DNA of 64,000 bases from Octopus sinensis (Eukaryota), in the NCBI RefSeq assembly GCF_006345805.1, contig NC_043012.1:39184001-39248000 (forward strand), written 5' to 3'. Under the pieces are notes generated by a model. It ran no database searches. It had not been told where the DNA came from and saw nothing but the letters and a program-made list of their open reading frames with translations. Of this stretch, positions 1 through 12,461 are shown piece by piece. How positions within the stretch are numbered: position 1 is the first letter of the stretch; every line of letters begins with the position of its first letter. The translations under genes were made by a program, and so were the position numbers.

Positions 1-813
1 GCTTGCGCTATCCCAGAACCAACTGCAAGACTTCAAATTCACCTTACCCTAATTAAATTATTCTAAATGACTTGAGATACTCATTCTGCCTTGGTTTTGT
101 TTTTACCTCTATCATAATATAAACCTGCTATAACGGAACCCTAATATGGAACCTTAGATCCAGCCTCAGCTGGGAACTTGGAACCTAACGGACTATCAAC
201 GATACCACTTACCCAGCGTACCTAGACGTTTAGATCACAAGGGAAATAAACCCCTAATTTCTATATATACACATACACATACACACACACATATATATAT
301 ATATCACATGCTCACGATTACTGTTATTATACATCACCGATTACAATGCGTTTTGCATTGTTTCAGCTTTCAGACGCCGCTACCCCGCTGGCTACTTATA
401 TATATATATATATAAGTTTGTATTTCTAAAACACGATATATTTTATATTAATATCTACTTACATTTCTACCTTCGTGCTTTCTTGTTTTAGCCAGATGCT
501 GTGGGCAAGCTGGAGCAGTGCCATTGATATATGTATAAAGAATTGATATATTTACACGCGTGTGTGTGTATGTGTGTGTGTGTGTAAGACCGAGTATGTC
601 TATGTTTTAATGAATATGTAAGTGCGTATATACATTCATATGTATACATATATATATATATAAATATATATATATCTATATATATATATATATATTTGTA
701 TGTATGTATGTATGTATATGTGCATGCATGTTTGTGTATATATATATAAATATAAGTATATATATATATATATATTTATATACACACACCCAGACGCATA
801 GGCACATACACAT

Positions 814-825
<12 letters not shown>

Positions 826-896
<71 letters not shown>
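826..896. repeat. (GATA)n microsatellite within a TA/CA-rich low-complexity block
   Basis: Direct reading of the sequence; explains ORF 636..944. Confidence 0.95.
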
Positions 897-1443
897 AGTA
901 GTTTTGGCTTCGTGTTTATGCAATACATAATATCTATTGTTCATATTAAGAGTTGGTGATGTGTAACAATACCGTTTAGACTTGACGTTTTATCTTTCCA
1001 GTGTATATAATGTCTGCGATTTCTATTTAGTTTCTATGGTGTTCTTATAATATGATACCAGTCATTCATTGAGGGTGGATGATAAAACAAGCTTTGCTTT
1101 CCTTCTAAACTTTTAGTCAGATAACTATGTTTTTTTTATGTTTTTAGGATCAGTGTAAGTCTTAAAGAATTCTCTTCAATTTATTTTGTTTCCCGTTTTA
1201 CGTCGAACACGAATCTAACATCAGAGGAAGCATGTGTATCAGGAATATATTGAGATTGATATACTACATCTGAAATATGTTTTATGGCGAGTAGTGAGCT
1301 CGTTAAATTGTGGGTGCGACGAACAAATTACCTTGCAGTAATTCTCACAGGTTAAAGGAAATATCTGCTAGTGGTTTGTGTTGATGGCATTTACTAAGCA
1401 TACATCTTGATATTTCTATTGTTCTGACGAAACAATTATTAAA

Positions 1444-1660
1444 GTGGCGAGCTGGTATTAGAAGCGTAAGCACACCGGAGGAAATTTCCAACGGTAATTC
1501 GTCCGGCTTAACTTTTCTGAGTTCGAATTCCGCCCGAAGTTGCCTTTGCCTTTCATCGTTTCGGGGTCGATAAAATAGGTACCAGTTGAGCTCTGGGATC
1601 CATGTAGTCGACTTACCTCTTCCCCAGAATTACTGGTCTTGCGAAAAAAATTTGAAATTA
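1444..1660 (+). mobile_element. tRNA-derived SINE, family 1 (GGCGAGCTGG...GAGTTCRAATTCC...GCCTTTCATCCTTTCGGGGTCGATAAA...GTACCAG)
   Basis: A-box-like TGGC/CTGG head, B-box-like GAGTTCGAATTCC and a conserved central domain; more than 10 diverged copies in this window. Confidence 0.8.
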
Positions 1661-1879
1661 TTGTGTTATTCTTCATTCAATTTTCTTTATTTCTTGCTAA
1701 GTGCCTAACCGACACCTAGAGCAAAGAAATTCACTGTATACATTGCTAAGCTAATACAGTGAACACACCAGATTGTTCCTTTACGGAAGTCAAGTTATGT
1801 TATAGAAAAAAGAGGGAAGAAAGAAAAAGGAAAGAAGGAAAATAAGGATAAAAACAAAGAAAATAAAATGGAAGAAGGA

Positions 1880-2275
1880 AAGACAATTCACATCGATAAT
1901 ACTCTTCCCAATGCGTGTGACGAACCAGTTAAAACAATTGTGTGCATTTCTCGCATGGATGGTAAACCAGGGATCATTTTCCAATAATTCTCAGTTGCTT
2001 TTTTGATTAATCCAAGTGATCCTGTAATCATTGGCATTGCCACCGTCTTGAGGTGCCACATCTTTTCAATTTTAGTTAACAAATCTTTAAATTTTCTAAG
2101 CTTATCAAATTCCTTTGCCGAGATTTTATGATCACAAGGTATGCTCATATCAATCAATAAACAGACTTTATTGTTTCAGTCTTTCACAACAATAACTGAT
2201 TCATTAGCTTTCATGCTCCGTTCTATACATTCTGACCGTTACATTTTCTCACTCAGTTACAGTTACAGCCTCTAT
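1880..2275 (-). mobile_element. Decayed 3' fragment of an RLE-type (R4/Dong-like) LINE, older family
   Basis: ORF 1888..2157 IDMSIPCDHKISAKEFDKLRKFKDL...MWHLKTVAMPMITGSLG resembles the PD..D restriction-like endonuclease C-terminus of the Dong-like copies here. Confidence 0.75.
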
Positions 2276-2289
2276 AATAATTATTCTTA

Positions 2290-2501
2290 GGGCGATAAAC
2301 TGGGAAAATGGTTGGCATGTTGGGCAAAATACTAAACAGCATCCCCTCCATGTATAAATTTGGAGTTGAAATTCCGTGGATGTCGAATTTTAGTTTTATC
2401 TTTTCGGGGTCGATAAATTAAGTACCAGTGAAATACTGGAGTCTATGTAATCGATTAGACCCCTCCCCAAAATGTCAGGCCTTGTGCCTATAGTATAATG
2501 G

Positions 2502-2505
<4 letters not shown>
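2290..2505 (+). mobile_element. SINE family 1 copy ending in an (ATT)n tail
   Basis: TTTTCGGGGTCGATAAATTAAGTACCAG core; tail GGCCTTGTGCCTATAGTA...GGATTATT. Confidence 0.75.
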
Positions 2506-2569
<64 letters not shown>

Positions 2570-2570
2570 C

Positions 2571-3275
2571 ATTCAGTAGTTTTATTTTTATAACGTATTT
2601 TCATTTCACTACCGAGCGCAGCTCTATGTGCCTTGGGTATGTGCTGTGATTTGTTGTTATGCTCTGATGGTTACTGTATCGAAAGTGTTCTGCGTAGGAT
2701 GAATGCAGTGCCTAGTAGTGCAATTTTCTGTATGTTATATGCGTTTGTAAGTCCTGGTCTTTTTGTTATGTATTTGTCTGAATATTTTTTTATCATGCCT
2801 AATGTACCTACTATGATAGGAATTGTTTCTGTTTTTTGATTCCACATTCCAGTTACCTCTATTTCCAGGTCTTTGTATTTTGAAAGTTTCTCCATTTCTT
2901 TTAGTGACATGTTGTCATCTGCTGGTATTGATACATCAATTAGAAAGCATTTTTTTCTTCATGATCTCTGACAACTATATATGGTCTGTTGGCCTTAATT
3001 TCTCTATCTGTGTGTATTGGCATATCTCAGAGTATGGTTGCTTTCTCGTTTTCTGTGACCTTTTCTGGTGTGTTCCCATACCATCTTTTTTCTGTTGTTA
3101 TTTCATAATGTTGGCATAGTTTCCAATGTATGTAGGTTCCAATTCTGTCATGTCTGTGAATATATTCCTTCTTAGCCAGGACTGGGCAGCCAGAGATAAT
3201 ATGATTTATTGTTTCTTGTCCATCTCCTCATATTCTGCAGTTACTTGTTATATTTCTTTTCATTGCACGTTTTTG

Positions 3276-3277
<2 letters not shown>
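2571..3277 (-). mobile_element. 5'-truncated R4/Dong-like LINE (CCHC finger, RLE, 3' UTR), family D1
   Basis: ORF 2671..2910 (EKLSKYKDLEIEV..W...IPIIVGTLG); near-identical to 51161-51773 and 55567-56280; (ATT)n on both flanks. Confidence 0.9.
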
Positions 3278-3307
<30 letters not shown>

Positions 3308-4426
3308 TCGATTCTAGTGGCGTGGAGAAATCGATTTCTTCTCTCTCCGTACTCAACATTATTTGAAACGACAGATGGTGCCCCACACACACACACACTC
3401 AGGAATCTTTCTAAATGTGTTTGCTCTTGTTCTTTGAGTTATATCTCTACTATCTAACAGCGTTCCAGCAATGACTATCCCATTTTTCATAAACACACAA
3501 GCACACACACACACACACACACACACACCACACACACACACACACACACATACACACACACACATAAATACATATACATAAATGAGAGCGTTCGCGCGTG
3601 TGACTGCGGTTATTGTCCATTTCAGAGAAAATTGGATGATTCCAATGTTTTCAATAGTTTGCAATGTTTCAGTAGGTCTCCAATTGATCAGGAATTTTGC
3701 CAAAAACTAAACGTGTTAGCCAATCATTACTGGAAAGATCACTGTTTGGCTTCTACATGATTGTCGAACTCAACTAGCCCTAACCCTAACCCTAACCCAA
3801 CAAGATGGAAAAGCGTATTTTTCACAGTCCTGCAGTTCTCATTTAATGAACTGCCAGATCACACCTTCAACATTTGGCATTCATTTCCTTGTAAATTATC
3901 TCCGACTTACTGACTTTCAATGAGGACCGATTTTCTTATTTACCTATTTTCCTTACCAATGACCAAGATTTATCGTAATCAAACATTGTGCAGTGGTCAT
4001 AAGAGTAAGCCTTTACTACGCGACTTTCCGTTACCAGTGTCAGCCAAATCATTCATTTACGTGGATAATGTATTTGAGAAAATATTACAGTTTCTTCTTC
4101 CGTAAATCTGAAATCATATTAAATGTCGTATTTCGTAATTTTCACACATTTCCGAATTGTTTTCTTTCGTACTTTTAACGCATTTCTGTAATATTTAATG
4201 CGTAGCTGGATCATCACAGATAACTTTCTAGTTGTTATGTTATATAACCCCAAGTCAGCTGTGGTCGAGGATATTTATGGCAGGTAGAGAGTCAGTTGAG
4301 TGGGTACAGATGTCATGGAGAGTAAAGGAAAATTAGAGGGAGGTTTCTGTTGCTAATTGAATCGAGTCGAGCGATAAACCGCCTCGATTAAGAAATCAAC
4401 TACAGCTACTACCGACATTACGCCTG

Positions 4427-4466
<40 letters not shown>

Positions 4467-4922
4467 CTCTGCTACTACTAGTACGCTGGAAGATCCCACG
4501 ACAATTTTATCAAGTCGACCGTTAATACTATGGATTGAGAAAAATAATTGTATTACCGCTACTATTAATGCTGATACTGTTGTTGCAATTATTACCACCA
4601 GCAGCAGCACTACCACCACCACCAGTAGTAGTAGTAGTAGTAGTAGTAGGGAAGATTTCACGATATATATGTAATAGCCCAGATGCAGCTCGTTTAATCG
4701 TTTAAAAAGTTCTTGGTTTCTCCTGTAAAATGTCTTTTAATTTCCAAATCTCGTTTTCACGTCGAAACGATTTCCATTCTCAAAAGAATTTGTATAGAAC
4801 GGACAGCATTTATATTTTGGTTTGGAGTCTGAAACTAGCAAGATAAAGGGTTGATATTCTTGATAACTGTTCGTCTGATATTAATGCTCGCAGCAAATGA
4901 ATGGGTTCGGCTAATGACTTAC

Positions 4923-4927
<5 letters not shown>

Positions 4928-4989
<62 letters not shown>
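4928..4989. repeat. (AG)n microsatellite
   Basis: Direct reading. Confidence 0.95.
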
Positions 4990-4991
<2 letters not shown>

Positions 4992-5684
4992 GTGGTAAAC
5001 AAACGAAAGATTAAATCCATCACCAATTCAGAGCCTGTCAAACAATTTCTGTTGAGCAAGATTTACACGTAAGACTTTGATTGACTTGAGGCTGTTATGA
5101 AGAACAAATGAACGATGCATCGTGCAATGGAGTCGAACCCTGTTCTAAATGAATGCGAGACCACTTCCATTAACATTCTACCAAGCTCCAGCAGAAGAAT
5201 GTAACACGCAGTGGTCGGTTTCTTTCTTCAAAGTTATTAGAACTAAATATAATGAAACATATCGCAATATTATCGACCTCTCACATATTCTCAATGCAAA
5301 TTTATGTAATGAAGAGCAACAACCAATGGAATTATTACAGTATATTGCTGAAATACAGAATTGTTTTATAGAATTCCAAGCGATGAACTGCTAAATCGAC
5401 TCCAGCGGATATTAACTTTGACTGAACAGACAAAAAGAAATAAAAATGAATAACGAGAGAGATATTTATTGATTTTACGTCACAAAAACGATAAATATTG
5501 ACAATTGTTTGATCTTTTGTGAACGGAGATATCATTGGACGAGGGAACCTATTGATCTTTGCACAGAAAATCTGGTGTCTATTCCCAACAATAAGACGAA
5601 CTCTTTTAGAATAACAGCTACTGTCTTAAAAGGCAGTGAATTCCACAGCCGTGTGTTGATGTCACATTGTTCTCTCCACTGACA

Positions 5685-5992
5685 AACAGCCACTCCGTCG
5701 GTTACGAGGACGAGGGATCCATTTGATACGATCAATGGAACAGCCTGCTCGTGAAATTATCGTGCAAGTGGCTGAGGCTTCCACAGACACGCGTGCGCTT
5801 AATGGAGTTCACAGAAAGTGTCAGCGTGACAAAGAATATGACGAGACTGGTCCCTATGTATTACAGGTACAACTAACTTTTGCCAGTTGAGTGAACCGGA
5901 GCAACGTGAAATAACGTGTCTTGCTCAAGGGCACAACGTGCCGCCAGGTATCAAGCTCACCACCTTGAGTCACTAAACCATTCGCCTTCACT
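5685..5992 (-). mobile_element. SINE family 3 (CCTTGAGCAAGACAC...TATTTCAC..TGCTCC.GTTCACTCA core)
   Basis: Minus strand GTGCCCTTGAGCAAGACACGTTATTTCACGTTGCTCCGGTTCACTCAACTG matches the core at ~62180-62230 (+); decayed tRNA-like head. Confidence 0.6.
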
Positions 5993-6098
5993 CCATTGAC
6001 AACCATCAACGTTGCCTCTATATGCCCCCCACCCGCCTTTATCTGCTAATGATAGCTGCTAAATCATTCTCTCTTGAAATAGGCAGAAAACATTCGAC

Positions 6099-6230
6099 GA
6101 TATGTTACTAGATGTGCCATCGCTCTTAATACGGCACCAGATGTGCCATTCTTGATAATATGGTAGCAGATATATTATCCCTGATAATAAGGTATCAAAC
6201 GCATTATTGCTCCTAATATGGTACCAAAGG
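6099..6230. repeat. Diverged ~29-bp minisatellite (ATATGGTACCAGATGTGCCATT-like, 4-5 units)
   Basis: Recurrent AATATGGTA/CAGATGTGCCAT at ~29-bp spacing. Confidence 0.55.
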
Positions 6231-9200
6231 TAGAATTCTTGACATTAAGATAGGAAAGACACAATTAGATTGTTTTAGTTCTTATCTCGATCAGATGTGA
6301 ACTTAAGTCAAAAACAAATTATGAAATTATTTACAGATGTGAAAATAGTCTCTCAAATAACCATCATTTATCATTTCTAATACAAGTCTTTTGTATATTT
6401 AAGGATATAGTCTAAATATTGATGTCTTATATTAATACAATGCCAAACCTCGTGTGCCTCACTGGTTGGCTCGGTTATTTTAAGTTCAGAAATAAAGTTA
6501 ATATTTGGGAATCTGCTAACGCCGATTGTCTCTAGGCACTGGTTGAGAAAGCGAATTGCCAATCAAGATGATATATTTATTAATCATGTTGCCTTTTTCT
6601 CTCTTTAATGCCAATAAAGCAGAGATAGCGATATCGACAACATTTGATCTGGCAAACATACAATGGTGGCGCCTAATATCATTTTTTCACCAATTTTCCA
6701 ACGAAAGGTGAATACTCAGTCTTGTCAGATTAACTCCATCCAAACCGAGCGCCTAAAAAGACTGGTGACATCAGTTTAGACAGAGATATTTGTGCAAATA
6801 TTATTGGCCTAACATTCAAGAGCTTATACATTACACGGTGTTTTGAGCAGAATTCTTTGATTAGAAATCAAGCGAACGATGAGGGAAGCCTGTTGTTGCT
6901 GACATTTACCGTAACAGCACTAAATGACAGTTGTAGAGATTTAGTGTAACATCGTTATGTGCGTTGTACATCCAACTATTGTTCTGTTAAAGGAACCTGG
7001 AAAAAAAACTAATTGAATTACATGATACCTTCCCTTTTCAGTTATAAAGAAAGGGAATACTTAGACTGTGAATTTCGGATCCAGATCTGTTTGCAATTAA
7101 AGAAATGGCCTATTTGACATGTTGCTCTGGGTGAATAAGTGACGAATGAATTTTTGGAATAAGCTTGTTGTTTGATGATACAGCATGCCTGGATTGCACA
7201 CTTCCGATTTGATCAACACCTGTTGAGTGCTCTCAAGGTAAAGTAGACGTACTTCATTTTACTTTTAACTTACTTCTATTATTTGTTATTCAATAGTTTT
7301 TTTGTTGTCTCTTTTTGTAAGCATCATTTGTAAAAGCGCGGCGGGAATCCATCAATTTGTTGATCTAACGACATTTGGTGTAATTTGTACTAAGATGTCG
7401 AGCAAAACCTTTGGAATCCTAACCATACAGTCTTGACTTCAAACAGTACATAGAAACCTGAACTGAGATTACATAGCTACAACATGACCGTAACAGCTTT
7501 GGCTGTAACAAACTAAATCACAAATAACCACATAAGAAAAAGATATATTATCGAGGAAGTATATTTTTCTGAAGGCAGAAGAGAGTAATTTGAGGAAGAT
7601 TTGGACGCTATTTCTAGCATGCGATTTGAACACGTAGACATTGCCTGTGTGGCTAGTTTTTCAGATAGATACTTCAATATAAGTTGCATTAATAACGATA
7701 TTTTAAGGCCGATGTTTCGATATTAAAGCTATCGATTTTCTTACATAAACTCTCCTGTTCTTTTTTTTTCTCCCTTTGCTGTAACGTTTGGGGTGTCAGA
7801 AACACATGAATAATTTTCCTGTATAAAACATTTATGAATAACGCAATTTCTTTGGCATCATAGCAGAACATTCCGACATTTAGATATTTCTTTAAACATT
7901 TCAGTGCTGTGAGTGATAGCAAACGGTTGACATGAACACTAGCAGCCATTTTCTCTCGTCTAAAGAAGTTTACGATGCATTTTAATCCGTTCACATCAAC
8001 CAAAATGTCCTTCTCCGGTTACTCGACATAATAATTATGATCAACAAGGAACCATTATTGGGTCATCAATCTTCTTCTCTCTGAGAGAGGCTGCAATTTT
8101 ATTTCAAATTAGATTTTTAATTCTTAGAATATCGTGTTTTCATTAGATTTTAACAATTTTGAAATTGCTTTTTAACTGAACGCCATTTTATAACTTCGAT
8201 TGATGGATTAAAGTTACTTTGCTGCTCAAATTCACCATTTCAGGTTCAGGGACTTTCATCTTGTTTTCTTTTTTCCTTTTATAGCCTCAACTCTTTACAA
8301 ATCATCATATTACCAGCTTCTTTCTGTCTCTCTGTCTTTTGTTCCTGCTTCTGGTCACTAAGACAATCAGCAGAGCGGCAGACGACATGACATGTGACAG
8401 CGGGGCTGCGTGTCTTTTCTTTATGTTTTTAAATACAGCTGAGAAGGGTCTTGTTTTTCATTTGGCATTGGTCGATACCAGTCATGTACTGAGGTCAAAC
8501 ACCCCTTTCTAAAATATGTAGAACTCCACCTCTGCTACATTCTTTCTTCTGGTAAGGTGAATGGGAAGCTTCAGCTTGAAGACTCGAGATAATTCACCAA
8601 CTTTAATTATTATATCGTTCTCTGTAGTGGCTATGGTGGCGATGGTGGTGACGCTGGTCGTGGTGGTCATGGTGGTCGTGGTGGTAGTCGTGTTGAAAGC
8701 TGGGGTGGCGGAGGAGATATTTCCCAGCACCCTTTCATACTTCAGTTTTCACAATTTACGAAATGTGACACTCGCGAATCGGAAATTCCTATTTCCGACC
8801 ATTCGAAATTACTTCATTAATATTCTATCAACTGATTCTGTCTGCGATTCTTCCTACAGAGGTGTCTCAGAAAGTCTCAAGGCCACACATTTTCGGGTAG
8901 GACACAGTCTGTGAGCATGAGTCCAACATTTTCATTCAATAAATCTTCTTAAATCTGGAAGAATGATTTCAAATCACTACTTCCTTCAAGAGTGACTTTA
9001 ACAATCATTCTCTCTCACTCTCTCTATCTCTATATATATCTCTATCTCTCTATCTATCTCTTTCTTTCTCTTTCTCTCTGTCCCTTATCCCCCCTCTCTC
9101 TCTCTCTCATTCTTTCTTTACCTCTCTCTACATTTCTCTCGCTCTTTCTCTTTCTCTGTTTTCTCCTTCACTCTCACCCTCTCTACCGCTCTTTCTCCTG

Positions 9201-9231
9201 CTCTCTCTCACACTTTCTTTCTCTTTCTCGC

Positions 9232-9277
<46 letters not shown>

Positions 9278-9949
9278 ACAAGCACAAACACATGTATACA
9301 CACACTTTTACTCACACGCATCTCTGGTGACAAAAGTATAATTAGTCAGTGATATTTATGTCTAATCATCTCCCTAGCAACAATCGTCTAATATCGATTG
9401 GAAGGCATAAAAAGAGAATGCACATTTCCCCTTCATATTTACTACATATTTCAAATTTAAAATGCTAAAACGACTCCCGTGCTCTTCTGAATTGGAGGAA
9501 GTGAGGCGGGTAGAAAAAGGGTGGCTGATGCTGCTGTCATCATGAATTACACTTAACTCAGCTGTAAGATGTAATAGTTCGCTGATTGAAGATGCATATG
9601 ATAAATGATGTGACAATTCAGCCGTGACCATCCCGTCACATACCAGATTACGTTATCTAAGGTTCTTCCGCTGTGTGCTGGTATGGCTACTGAGATAATA
9701 GCAAGTGGAAACTCAGTAGAGTGCGTCCATCATCGGATCAGACGCAAGCGAATGTACGGAAGGCTTAGATATCATAGGATGTACTTTCGTACGATGTGAA
9801 CAGTCAGGGCTTCAGATATTTGCAGGGCCATTGCTGGGTGTAAACAGTTCTGTTGGGGATAGAAACAAAAGGCTCGTTCCCTCAACAAATGGGAAAGTTT
9901 CGAGACCTGAGACAAAGGATCACTTTGACTAAAAATGTCTTTTCAATTT

Positions 9950-10146
9950 TATCTTTTATTTGTCTCAGTTATTGGACCTCGGCCATGCTGGGGTGCTGCC
10001 CTGAAGGCTACTTTTTTAAAGGCAAGTGCTTATGCTATCGCTCTCCTTTTGCCGATCGGCTAAGTTACGGGGACGTAAAACACACCAACATTGGTTGTCA
10101 AGTGGTGGTAGGGGCCAAACAGACACAAAGACACACATACACACAC
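9950..10146 (-). mobile_element. 3' half of long SINE family 2 (partner of the 5' half at 13087-13249)
   Basis: Matches 34820-35030: GGCCATGCTGG tail, CTTTTGCCGA..GCTAAGTTACGGGGACGTAAA, GGTTGTCAAG, then the internal CA/TA microsatellite. Confidence 0.8.
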
Positions 10147-10151
10147 ATATA

Positions 10152-10203
<52 letters not shown>

Positions 10204-10396
10204 TATATACTAAGTAATTAAGGGTTTAGCAACGAATTGCCTCACCACACACCGAATTTAGAAATAGCAGTCAAAGAGTTATAGCTATTCTTTCTACTAA
10301 AAGGGAGATCTCAGTAAAAACACAGCACTTGAAAGGCAAACACAGACAGGTAAGAGAGAATGAAATGACGGCAATCTATCATACAATTTTAAGTCA

Positions 10397-10487
10397 CCTA
10401 CGGACGTACGTTTCGAAATTAAGTTTTAGGAAAGCATAAGAATTAGATAATCATGTCTTACCCAACTTATTTTCTCATCAGCGTAGG
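10397..10487 (-). ncRNA. Type I hammerhead ribozyme (A1)
   Basis: Minus strand: CCUACG-CUGAUGA-GAAAAUAAGUU...AACUUAAUUUC-GAAA-CGUACG-UC-CGUAGG. Perfect 6-bp stem I, full core, long stem II, palindromic stem III (ACGUACGU), GUC site; predicted cut between 10403 and 10402. Confidence 0.9.
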
Positions 10488-10979
10488 ACACTACAACTAT
10501 GAATAATTGTATATTAAATTTCGAGATACTAGAAGGCATCATCTCAACTCAGTATCAGAGCGAGCTAAAGCCGTTACCAGTATCACCAAATTCAAAATGT
10601 GAATGAAAGTTTGTGTCACCAACCCCTTCCCACCCGCGTGTAGCCAAGACAAGATGCTGTGGTCATTTACTGGAATGAAATATGGCTATCAGTAACAATA
10701 TAGGGTGAAATTAATTAATTTGGAATAATCATTAATTACACCAAGTGGATCTCGGCATGTAAAAGCCTCATTCGAGGAAAGTTTAAGTAATACTAAGTAA
10801 TTAAGGGTTTAGCAACGAATTGCCTCACCACACACCGAATTTAGAAATAGCAGTCAAAGAGTTATAGCTATTCTTTCTACTAAAAGGGAGATCTCAGTAA
10901 AAACACAGCACTTGAAAGGCAAACACAGACAGGTAAGAGAGAATGAAATGACGGCAATCTATCATACAATTTTAAGTCA

Positions 10980-11070
10980 CCTACGGACGTACGTTTCGAA
11001 ATTAAGTTTTAGGAAAGCATAAGAATTAGATAATCATGTCTTACCCAACTTCTTTTCTCATCAGCGTAGA
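10980..11070 (-). ncRNA. Type I hammerhead ribozyme (A2)
   Basis: Same motif 583 nt away; stem I UCUACG/CGUAGG keeps pairing through U-G; predicted cut between 10986 and 10985. Confidence 0.88.
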
Positions 11071-11126
11071 ACACTACAATTATGAATAATTGTATATTAA
11101 ATTTCGAGATACTAGAAGGCATCATC

Positions 11127-11422
11127 TGCAACAGCTTGGGTTTCAGAGGACCACAGCTCTTTAACATCCTCCCTAAATGCCTGAGAGACTTACATGGTGT
11201 GGATGTGGGTTTCTTTAAAACTAAACTGGATCTCTTCTTGTTGTGAGTCCCAGATGAACCTACCTCACGACAGGAGACGCGGATGCGGGCAGCAGCATCG
11301 AACTCCCTTGTTGATCAACTGCCACGTATCAGAGGTGGATTCACAAATTAGTGTAGCTCGTTCAGCGGTGGTGCCCCAGCATGGCCGCGGCCTTCGGGCT
11401 AAAACATTTTTAAGGATTTAGG
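11127..11422 (+). mobile_element. 3' end of a CR1-group LINE (ORF2 C-terminus and 3' UTR)
   Basis: Manual translation from 11127: CNSLGFRGPQLFNILPKCLRDLHGVDVGFFKTKLDLFLL*VPDEP...AASNSLVDQL, typical of the post-RT end of invertebrate CR1-like ORF2. Confidence 0.7.
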
Positions 11423-11499
<77 letters not shown>

Positions 11500-11504
11500 A
11501 TACA

Positions 11505-11576
<72 letters not shown>
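11423..11576. repeat. (TA)n microsatellite
   Basis: Direct reading; lies between the CR1 fragment and element B. Confidence 0.95.
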
Positions 11577-11578
<2 letters not shown>

Positions 11579-11846
11579 AAAAAGGGGGTCGAATTAATTA
11601 ATTGTTAATAAATTCGACCAAGCAGTATTCGGTATGTAAAGACCATTTACGGTATATTTGAAGTATTAATTTATAAAAATATGTAAAGTAAAAGAATTCA
11701 CTTTACCACACACCGAACTTTTCAGAAATAGCAGCCAAAAATTTGACTATTTCTTCAACTGCAAATAAAAGTCTCCAGACATGCATACTCAGAAAAATAA
11801 CTCACATAGGTATAAGGGAAAATGAAAGATCACATCCATACGATAC

Positions 11847-11906
11847 CCGAGGACAGTCTGTTTCTGGATTTGTGGGTAAAACGCCACTTTTCCTTCATCA
11901 GCTCAG
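11847..11906 (-). ncRNA. Type I hammerhead ribozyme (B1)
   Basis: Minus strand: CUGAG-CUGAUGA-aGGAaaaGUGGcguuuuacCCACaaaUCCa-GAAA-CAGACUG-UC-CUCGG. Stem I CUGAG/CUCGG, quasi-palindromic stem III ACAG-A-CUGU, GUC site (cut 11852/11851); first pair of stem II is an A.A mismatch. Confidence 0.8.
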
Positions 11907-12402
11907 AGATTTCTTCTGATTTAGATTTGAAAATACTAAGAATCAAACATACCCGTCCGATATCTGTAACATCGGACAAACCATGCCAGACACCCAGTAC
12001 TAGCGAATCCAAAAATACGAATGAGATCTATTATTCTCCCTGTCCACCCACGTGAGTCATAGAGCATTACATTTCTACAGAGGTAAAAACTGCAGTTCAA
12101 ATTCTTGGAGAGAAAGCATTATATTTTATCAAAAAGGGGGTCGAATTATTAATTGTTAATAAATTCGACCAAGCAGTATTCGGTATGTAAAGACCATTTA
12201 CGGTATATTTGAAGTATTAATTATAAAAATATGGTTAAAGTAAAAGAATTCACTTTACCACACACCGAAACTTCAGAAATAGCAGCCAAAAATTGACATT
12301 TCTTCAACTGCAAATTAAAAGTCTCCAGACAATGCATACTCAGAAAAATAACTCACATAGGTATAGGGAAAACAAAATGAAAGATCACATCCATTACGAT
12401 AC

Positions 12403-12461
12403 CCGAGGAAGTCTGTTTCTGGATTTGTGGGTAAAACGCCACTTTTCCTTCATCAGCTCAG
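12403..12461 (-). ncRNA. Type I hammerhead ribozyme (B2), 1-nt deletion in stem III
   Basis: Same motif ~555 nt away; reads GAAACAGACUUC, lacking one G (mutation or assembly indel). Confidence 0.65.

Larger units (their letters stand above)
10208..11127 (-). mobile_element. Non-coding tandem element A (583-bp unit, ~1.6 copies) with one hammerhead per unit; retrozyme / non-autonomous PLE-like
   Basis: 10208-10544 is repeated almost perfectly at 10791-11127; no credible ORF; (TA)n at one end. Confidence 0.85.

Noticed and set aside
3778-3798. (CCCTAA)3 telomere-like repeat
   Set aside because: Only about three units; too short to call an interstitial telomere, and probably part of a dispersed repeat.
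7689-8003. 104-aa complex-sequence ORF as a host exon or transposase
   Set aside because: No recognisable motif or convincing splice context; the same holds for 16631..16999, 30078..30314 and 58084..58542.
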